A stretch of DNA of 64,000 nt from Gemmatimonas sp. (GTDB taxonomy: Bacteria > Gemmatimonadota > Gemmatimonadetes > Gemmatimonadales > Gemmatimonadaceae): positions 1 through 64,000 of the forward strand of contig JANNVQ010000055.1 in NCBI GenBank assembly GCA_031414535.1. Reading direction: 5' to 3'. Numbering within the stretch: position 1 is the stretch's first letter; each line of letters starts with the position of its first letter. Positions 57,789 through 64,000 of the stretch are shown here, piece after piece. Position numbers and translations under genes: made by a program. Under the pieces are notes generated by a model that saw only the letters and a program-made list of their open reading frames with translations, made no database searches and was not told the origin of the DNA.

Positions 57789-59501
57789 ATGCCTTCCCGC
57801 TCGACCTCCGACTCGTCGCCATTGGGGTTTAGCGCCCTTGGCCTCCCTGAAAAGACCCTCGCCGCTCTGACGGCCCTCGGATACGAGGAGCCGACGCCCA
57901 TCCAGCGGGCGGCCATTCCACCTCTGCTCGCCGGCCGAGACGTCCTCGCGCAGGCTGCGACGGGTACAGGAAAGACTGCGGCCTTCGCGCTGCCGCTGCT
58001 GGCGAATCTCCGGCCTGATGCCACTGCGCGCGAGCGGACCTCCGCGTTGGTGTTGGTGCCCACGCGTGAGCTGGCGATGCAGGTGGCTGAAGCCATCTAC
58101 CGATACGGTCATTCGTCAGGCGCGGTTGCACTGCCCATCTACGGCGGCACGCCGATGGACGGGCAGATTCGCTCGCTGAAGCGTGGTGTGGACGTTGTCA
58201 TTGCGACGCCTGGACGCGCGCTCGACCACATTCGTCGCAAGACGATCTTCTTGGCGCACTTGGCAACCGTCGTGCTCGATGAGGCCGATGAGATGCTGGA
58301 CATGGGCTTCGCCGAAGATCTTGAGGCGATTCTCGCTGCCACGCCCGCGGAAAAGCAGGTGGCGCTGTTTTCGGCCACGCTCGCACCGCGTATCGCCGCG
58401 ATTGCGCGCACACATTTGCGCGATCCCGAAGTCATCGCGATTGCCACAGAGAAGGTGAAAGCTGGAGCCGTTGCCAAGGTGCGCCAAGTTGCCTACGTGG
58501 TGCCGCGCGCGCACAAGACGGCCGCCTTGGGGCGCATCCTCGACGTCGAGCAGCCCAAGAGCGCCATCATCTTCTGCCGCACGCGGACGGAAGTGGATGA
58601 AGTGGCTGAGACCTTGAAGGCGCAGGGATACGGCGCCGAGGCGCTACACGGCGGCCTCTCGCAGGATCAGCGTGACCGCGTGATGAAGCGCTTCCGCGCC
58701 AAGAGTGCGGAGTTGCTCGTGGCGACTGACGTGGCCGCTCGCGGACTCGATGTACAGCATGTGTCGCACGTGGTGAACTACGACGTGCCCTCGGCGACGG
58801 AAGCCTATGTGCACCGCATTGGCCGCACCGGTCGTGCCGGTCGTGAGGGTGTGGCCATCACGCTCTGCGAGCCCCGCGAACAGCGATGGCTGCGCAACTT
58901 TGAGCGCGCCACGGGGCGACCAATCGAAGTTGCGCCGCTCCCGACAGTCGCCGATTTGAAGCAGCGTCGTGTGCAGCAGGCCACCGATGATCTGCGTGAG
59001 GTGTTGCTCGAGGGCGGCTTTGAGGCTTGGCGTGAGGTTGTGGCGCCGCTCGTCGCCGACTTCGATCCACTCGATATCGCGGCGGCGGCCGTGAAGCAGG
59101 CCGCGCGGGCGCAGGGTGAGACAGAGGACGTAGCCGAGATTCCGTCGGCGGCGGCCCCCCGTGAGCGTCATCCCGCGCGTGAGCGCGAAGCGGATCGTAA
59201 GGAGCGGAAGTCCGCTCGTCCGGCGGCCAAGGGTGTGCAACGTGGCGGCGGTGAGATGGTGAAGCTGTATGTGGGAGCGGGGCGCAAGTTGAAGGTGCGT
59301 CCCGGAGATCTCGTTGGTGCGATTGCTAACGAGGCAGGCTTGGCCGCGACGAGCATCGGAACGATTACGGTGTTCGACCGGCATTCGATCGTGCAGGTCC
59401 CGGCGGATGCCGCGGATACCGTGTTGGCCGCGATGGCCAAGGCGACGATTAAGGGGAAGCGGATTCTTGTGCGGCGCGATCGCGCCGATGGAGCGAATTG
59501 A
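57789..59501 (+). CDS. DEAD-box RNA helicase with DbpA-type RNA-binding domain (DeaD/CsdA-like)
   Basis: PTPIQ, ATGTGKT, PTRELA, DEAD, SAT, ARGLD, HRIGRTGRAG; C-terminal RPGDLVGAIANE. Confidence 0.93.
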   Translation: MPSRSTSDSSPLGFSALGLPEKTLAALTALGYEEPTPIQRAAIPPLLAGRDVLAQAATGTGKTAAFALPLLANLRPDATARERTSALVLVPTRELAMQVAEAIYRYGHSSGAVALPIYGGTPMDGQIRSLKRGVDVVIATPGRALDHIRRKTIFLAHLATVVLDEADEMLDMGFAEDLEAILAATPAEKQVALFSATLAPRIAAIARTHLRDPEVIAIATEKVKAGAVAKVRQVAYVVPRAHKTAALGRILDVEQPKSAIIFCRTRTEVDEVAETLKAQGYGAEALHGGLSQDQRDRVMKRFRAKSAELLVATDVAARGLDVQHVSHVVNYDVPSATEAYVHRIGRTGRAGREGVAITLCEPREQRWLRNFERATGRPIEVAPLPTVADLKQRRVQQATDDLREVLLEGGFEAWREVVAPLVADFDPLDIAAAAVKQAARAQGETEDVAEIPSAAAPRERHPAREREADRKERKSARPAAKGVQRGGGEMVKLYVGAGRKLKVRPGDLVGAIANEAGLAATSIGTITVFDRHSIVQVPADAADTVLAAMAKATIKGKRILVRRDRADGAN

Positions 59502-59803
59502 TGATCAAGGGTTTTGAGTTCAAGGACGGCGACAAGTCTTACGTGTGCACCATCGAAGAGCTTCGTGGCCCGGTGGAGGAGTCGTGGTGGTGGTTCTCCG
59601 TGAGCGGAGATCCGCAGCGCTACGCGCCGTTCCGTGCGGCCTCTGGTGACACGCGCACGAGCGTGCAGGAGCGCATTATCGCCTTCTACACGAACCGACT
59701 CTTCCAACTCGCGCAGCCGCGTGAGCGCGGTGGGCATTTCGGCAGCCGTAAGCGCCCCGTGACCCCGGTGGCCGCTCCGGTTGCGGACGCACCGCCAGCG
59801 TAA
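59498..59803 (+). CDS. Hypothetical protein
   Basis: Coupled to the helicase stop; WWWFSVSGD..RYAPF aromatic motif. Confidence 0.7.
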   Translation: MMIKGFEFKDGDKSYVCTIEELRGPVEESWWWFSVSGDPQRYAPFRAASGDTRTSVQERIIAFYTNRLFQLAQPRERGGHFGSRKRPVTPVAAPVADAPPA

Positions 59804-59805
59804 GC

Positions 59806-60123
59806 ATGGTTGCGAACCTCGAGGCGGCGTTCGCGGCAATCAGGGAGCACTGGGCTCCGGTGGTGATTGGCGAACTGAACGGCCAAGAGGTGAAAGCCGT
59901 GAAGTTCCGTGGTGAGTTCCACTGGCACCAACACACGCACGAAGATGAAATGTTCCTCGTACATCGCGGTGAGTTCAGGATGGAATTCCGCGACCGTACG
60001 CTCACGCTGCGTGAGGGTGAGTTTCTGATTGTGCCACGTGGGACGGAGCATCGACCCGTCGCGGAGCGAGAGGTCGAGGTGATTCTCTTCGAGCCCGCGA
60101 CGACCATTCGCACGGGTGACTGA
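59806..60123 (+). CDS. Cupin domain protein
   Basis: GEFHWHQH..EDEMF, VPRGTEHRP. Confidence 0.88.
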   Translation: MVANLEAAFAAIREHWAPVVIGELNGQEVKAVKFRGEFHWHQHTHEDEMFLVHRGEFRMEFRDRTLTLREGEFLIVPRGTEHRPVAEREVEVILFEPATTIRTGD

Positions 60124-60159
60124 GTCGCGAAAGAATCGATGTCGAACTGCCACAAACGA

Positions 60160-60193
60160 CGAAGGCGCGGACTCGAATGAGTCCGCGCCTTCG
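60160..60193. terminator. Hairpin between convergent genes (likely bidirectional terminator)
   Basis: CGAAGGCGCGGACTC-GAAT-GAGTCCGCGCCTTCG, perfect 15-bp stem. Confidence 0.75.
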
Positions 60194-60214
60194 GTGCGTC
60201 AGGAGCGACGCAGC

Positions 60215-60397
60215 TTACATCGCCTTCGTGGCGGTCGAATCCATCTTCGTCGAATCCATCTTCGTCGAATCAGTCATCATTGCTGCGGAATCAGCCATCG
60301 GAGCAGCCGGAGCGGCCATCTCGGACGAGGTCTCCTCGGCCTTGGGGGCGCAAGCAGCGAACAGCACAACGGCAGCGAGAAGAGCAAGGCGCTTCAT
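60215..60397 (-). CDS. Small (60 aa) Met-rich lipoprotein
   Basis: GGAG SD; MKRLALLAAVVLFAAC lipobox; DSTKM repeats. Confidence 0.8.
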   Translation of the reverse strand: MKRLALLAAVVLFAACAPKAEETSSEMAAPAAPMADSAAMMTDSTKMDSTKMDSTATKAM

Positions 60398-60503
60398 ACT
60401 TGGTAAATCTCCAGATCGGTGAGGTAGTGCGGGAAGCGCGACCATTTCGCGCCCTGCGCACTGAGGACGAAATGTAGGGTTGTCTGGCAACATCGTCAAC
60501 TGG

Positions 60504-60594
60504 CTAAGTCTATGATTAACAGGAGGTTACGCTCATTCCCCGGGACCTAGTTCTCACCACTAGCGACGTAACTCTAATTCTGACAACGACTTAG
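60504..60594. repeat. Inverted pair of 28-bp motifs CTAAGTC-N15-GTTACG
   Basis: 60504-60531 CTAAGTCTATGATTAACAGGAGGTTACG; reverse complement of 60567-60594 is CTAAGTCGTTGTCAGAATTAGAGTTACG. Confidence 0.7.
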
Positions 60595-60778
60595 GGGCTT
60601 CTGTCCATTTGTGGGAGGTCTTCTCCCAGAATCCCGTCCGAATACGCGCGCAGCGGCATATTTCAGCATGACCGAACGCAATCGTTTGATTGATGCGTTA
60701 CGCCGCGTGCATAACGGTGTGCCCTGGCACGGACCGTCATGCGCTGCTGCTGCAGCATCCCCCCACTCTTAGGTCGCT

Positions 60779-63532
60779 GTGTCCTCTCTCCTCACGCCCC
60801 AACGCCGCGCGACGCTGATTTTCATCGTCGGCGTCATCCTGCTCCTCGCGATTCCCGCGCTCGCCACCGCCGTCACCGACTGGCTCTGGTTCCGCGAGAT
60901 CGGATTCGAGCGCGTGTTCACGCTCAAGATCACCGCACAGTTATTTCTTGGCGGTACTGCCTTCGTACTTGGCTTCACGGCGCTCTACGGTTCGGCGCGT
61001 CTCGCGCTGCGGGGCCTTGAGCGTTCCGCGGAAAGTATTCTCGTGCTGGCTGAGGGCGGTGTGCAGATGCGCACCAAGTTCCTCGTGCGCGTGGCGCAGG
61101 CGCTCACGTTGCCGGCGACATTGTTGCTCTCGTTTTTACTCGCCTCGGGCCTGGCTTCGCGCTGGCGTACGCTGATTCAGTTCTGGTACCGTACGCCTTT
61201 CGGTGATACTGATCCAATCTTCGGGCGCGACATCGCGTACTACGTATTCACCTTGCCGGCGCTGCAAGTGGCATTGGATTGGATTTGGGGATTGCTGTTT
61301 CTCTCGCTCATCCTTATTTCCATCCCGATCTATGTAGTGCGTGGTGACATCGGTCTGCGGTTGGGCCGCCTGCGCATCGATCAGCAGGCAGAGTGGCACC
61401 TAGCCGTTCTCGCGGCGCTGTGGCTCGTGCTGTCGGCGGTACGTTCCTGGTTGATTGGTATGCCAGGGGTGCTCTTTGGGACGCACGCGCCACTCCAGGG
61501 TGCCAACTGGACCGACTTGCACGTGCGCCTGCCCGGCATGCAAGTGATGGCCGTGTTGTTGCTCGTTGGCGCGGTTGCGGTTCTGTGGGGTGCACGTCGC
61601 GGGATCTTGGCGCGCATCGCGGTAATTGTCGTGGTGGGAAACTTCCTGCTGACGGCGCTCGTGAACGGTGTGGTGCCAAGCGTGGTGCAGCGCCTCGTAG
61701 TGCAGCCCAACGAACTGGCTAAGGAATCGGCGCAGATCATCCATCACATCGCGGCCACGCGCCGCGCCTGGTCGCTTGACAGTGTGGAGCGTCGCGAGCT
61801 GGACGGCGACCAGCAACTCACGGCAGCAGACATCGCCGCAAACCGCTCGACCATTGATAACGTGCGGCTATGGGATCGCGAGCCGCTGCTACAGACCTTC
61901 GGGCAGATTCAGTCCATCCGCACCTACTACGACTTCGTGGCGGTGGATGACGATCGCTATCGCGTGAACGGTGAATTGCGCCACGTGTTGCTCTCAGCGC
62001 GCGAACTCGATCCCGCGGCTTTGCCCACGCGCACCTTCGTGAATGAGCATCTGACCTTCACGCACGGTATGGGCCTTACGCTCAGCGCGTCGAACGAGGT
62101 CACGCCGGAAGGACTGCCGGTCTTGTGGATGAAGGATCTCCCGCCGACATCAACGATGACGCAGCAGGCTCGCGTGCCGCAGATCTACTTCGGCGAGTTG
62201 GCGCGCACCTGGGTGATGGCGCCGTCGCGGCAGCGCGAGTTCGATTTTCCATCCGCCGAGGGTGATGCCGCGGAGTATTCGACCTACACCGGCAAGGCCG
62301 GCGTGGCGCTCAATGCGTATTGGCGTCGCTTGGCCTTCGCCATCCGCTTCGGAAGCATCAACATCTTGCTGTCATCCGATCTCACCGACAGCACGCGCAT
62401 CATCTTCAATCAGCAGGTGCGGACGCGGGCTCAACTCGCGCTGCCCTTCCTGACCTTTGACGGCGATCCATACCTCGTTGTCAGCGACAGTGGTCGCATG
62501 ATCTGGATGCTCGACGCGTACACGGCCACAGACCGCTATCCGTACTCGGCGCGCACGGGCGAAGGCATCAACTACCTGCGTAACAGCGTGAAGGTGACCA
62601 TTGACGCCTATGATGGTGACCTGAAGGCGTACTTGGCGGATCCGACAGATCCAATGATCAACACGCTGAGCCGCATTTATCCGGGCCTGCTACGTCCGCT
62701 CGCCGAGATGCCGGAAGACCTGCGGGCGCACATGCGCTATCCGGAGGACCTCTTCCGCGCGCAGACGGGGCTCTACGCCACGTTTCATATGACGGATCCC
62801 GAGACGTTCTACCACCGCGAGGACCAGTGGCAGATTCCTGAAGCGCAGCAGGGTGCGGTACGTAGCGGCTATGCGCGGCACATCGTGATGCGCCTGCCTG
62901 GGGAGAAGGGGGCGGAGTACCTGATGATGCGCCCCTTCACGCCGCGGCAGAAGGACAATCTCGCGGCCTGGATGGTGGCTCGAAACGACGGGGAGCACTA
63001 CGGCAAACTGATTGCGTACCGCTTCCCGCGGCAAAGCTTGGTGTTTGGCCCGACGCAGATTGCGAACCGCATTAATCAAGACACCGAGGTGTCGCAGCAG
63101 GTGTCACTGTGGGACCAGGGTGGCTCGGAAGTGATTCGGGGCGAACTCTTGGTTATTCCGATTGAAGCGTCGCTGCTGTACGTGCAGCCGCTCTACTTGC
63201 GCGCGCAAGGCGGCAAGATTCCTGAGCTCAAGCGCGTGATCGTGGCGCACGAGGGGCGGGTGGTGATGGAAGAGACCTTCGAGCAGGGGTTGGAGGCTTT
63301 GTTTGGCGATGGTGCGGCCTCAAGCGCTCGTGGTGCCACGCGCCCGGCGCAGCGTACCGACTCCACCGCCACGCCGACGTCGCGCGCGGCCGATGCGGCC
63401 CGTGACGCACTCGTGCAGCAGGCCGTACAACTCTACGAGCGCGCCAAGACGGCCCAGCGCGCCGATGATTGGGCGGCGTACGGGGACGCGATGCAGCGAC
63501 TGGGTGAAGTGCTGCGGAGATTGCGGCAGTAA
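60779..63532 (+). CDS. UPF0182 family membrane protein
   Basis: TDWLWFREIG, DPIFGRDIAYY, NVRLWD, HLTFTHG, NYLRNSVK, HMRYP, LLYVQPLY, PELKRVI. Confidence 0.92.
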   Translation: MSSLLTPQRRATLIFIVGVILLLAIPALATAVTDWLWFREIGFERVFTLKITAQLFLGGTAFVLGFTALYGSARLALRGLERSAESILVLAEGGVQMRTKFLVRVAQALTLPATLLLSFLLASGLASRWRTLIQFWYRTPFGDTDPIFGRDIAYYVFTLPALQVALDWIWGLLFLSLILISIPIYVVRGDIGLRLGRLRIDQQAEWHLAVLAALWLVLSAVRSWLIGMPGVLFGTHAPLQGANWTDLHVRLPGMQVMAVLLLVGAVAVLWGARRGILARIAVIVVVGNFLLTALVNGVVPSVVQRLVVQPNELAKESAQIIHHIAATRRAWSLDSVERRELDGDQQLTAADIAANRSTIDNVRLWDREPLLQTFGQIQSIRTYYDFVAVDDDRYRVNGELRHVLLSARELDPAALPTRTFVNEHLTFTHGMGLTLSASNEVTPEGLPVLWMKDLPPTSTMTQQARVPQIYFGELARTWVMAPSRQREFDFPSAEGDAAEYSTYTGKAGVALNAYWRRLAFAIRFGSINILLSSDLTDSTRIIFNQQVRTRAQLALPFLTFDGDPYLVVSDSGRMIWMLDAYTATDRYPYSARTGEGINYLRNSVKVTIDAYDGDLKAYLADPTDPMINTLSRIYPGLLRPLAEMPEDLRAHMRYPEDLFRAQTGLYATFHMTDPETFYHREDQWQIPEAQQGAVRSGYARHIVMRLPGEKGAEYLMMRPFTPRQKDNLAAWMVARNDGEHYGKLIAYRFPRQSLVFGPTQIANRINQDTEVSQQVSLWDQGGSEVIRGELLVIPIEASLLYVQPLYLRAQGGKIPELKRVIVAHEGRVVMEETFEQGLEALFGDGAASSARGATRPAQRTDSTATPTSRAADAARDALVQQAVQLYERAKTAQRADDWAAYGDAMQRLGEVLRRLRQ

Positions 63533-63560
63533 TCGGCCACCGAAGGCGGCAACTGCTGAT

Positions 63561-63628
63561 TCACCACGGAGACACGGAGGCCCGGAGACTGCTTGAGTAG
63601 TCTCCGGGCCTCCGCGCCTCTGTGGTGA
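63561..63628. repeat. Family A palindromic element, copy 7 (minimal, no inner hairpin)
   Basis: TCACCACGGAGACACGGAGGCCCGGAGACT-GCTTGAGT-AGTCTCCGGGCCTCCGCGCCTCTGTGGTGA; between convergent genes. Confidence 0.92.
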
Positions 63629-63652
63629 AATGCAGGTGTAGTTACTAATGCA

Positions 63653-64000
63653 CTAGCGTCGCCCCGGAGTCCACGGCGCGCCCTGCGCCTCGGCTTCACG
63701 TTCGAGCCGTGCCATATCGGTGGCGATGAAGGCGTCGAGCGCGGCCTTGATGGACGGGAACAGGTTCGCCACGATCACTAGCTGATCCTGCTGGGTCTTG
63801 GTTGGCACACCTAGCGATTCGCCGAAGCTTGCGGCGCGCTGCATGCGGCCAACAAGGGACGTGGCGACGGGCTCGGAGTAACGGCCCGGCGTGTTGTCGC
63901 CGTTCAACTGCTCGCGGATTCCGCGCAGCTTCACGATGGCCGCCCGCACGTCGGCGTCCAAAGTGGTTTGGCGCGTGATACGCTGCACGGCCTGCTGCAG
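63653..64000 (-). CDS. C-terminal part of a large protein, probably a VPS10/BNR-repeat glycosyl hydrolase-like protein (partial)
   Basis: Frame open to the window end; helical tail with PTKTQ and terminal GAPWTPGR, reminiscent of that family. Confidence 0.55.
   Translation of the reverse strand: MQQAVQRITRQTTLDADVRAAIVKLRGIREQLNGDNTPGRYSEPVATSLVGRMQRAASFGESLGVPTKTQQDQLVIVANLFPSIKAALDAFIATDMARLEREAEAQGAPWTPGRR

Noticed and set aside
60460..60473. CTGAGGACGAAA resembling a hammerhead ribozyme core
   Set aside because: No stem II between CUGAnGA and GAAA, and no convincing flanking stems.
60504..60531. Chromosomal dif site
   Set aside because: Lacks the conserved XerD arm (TTATGTTAAAT-like) and occurs as an inverted pair.
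4575..63628. Family A repeats as a CRISPR array
   Set aside because: Copies are dispersed kilobases apart as inverted pairs, not direct repeats with spacers; no cas genes.
1..64000. tRNA, rRNA, riboswitch, prophage or defence genes
   Set aside because: None recognised by eye in intergenic regions or ORFs; a covariance-model scan would be needed to exclude small RNAs.

Overview
High-GC bacterial chromosomal window. The gene set and protein families suggest Gemmatimonadota (inference, not verified). It holds mostly housekeeping and envelope genes: sucB, gyrA, leuS, a caa3-type cytochrome c oxidase operon, dacB, a DEAD-box helicase, an MFP + two-RND efflux cluster preceded by three beta-propeller paralogs, peptidases, an MCP, a 3xGAF hybrid kinase and a cNMP-domain/aspartase fusion. 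No tRNA, rRNA or CRISPR array was seen. The most interesting signal is non-coding. Seven copies of a 68-134 bp palindromic intergenic element (family A) have TCAC-(8-bp unit)n outer arms; six of them also have a nested inner hairpin, which covaries in the copies that align. The window begins with the 3' end of an IS110-family element whose right end abuts, through a shared CT core, exactly the terminal 9 nt of the family A arm. This suggests an IS110 (bridge-RNA recombinase) that targets a dispersed host repeat. Other non-coding features are a second hairpin family built from GACGGAT heptamers, an inverted pair of 28-bp motifs, a 12-bp VNTR and several apparently leaderless genes. Several protein pairs look like active + catalytically degenerate partners (M14 peptidases, RND subunits). 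Start codons were adjusted by eye where the ORF track clearly overextends. All product calls come from motif recognition without database searches.
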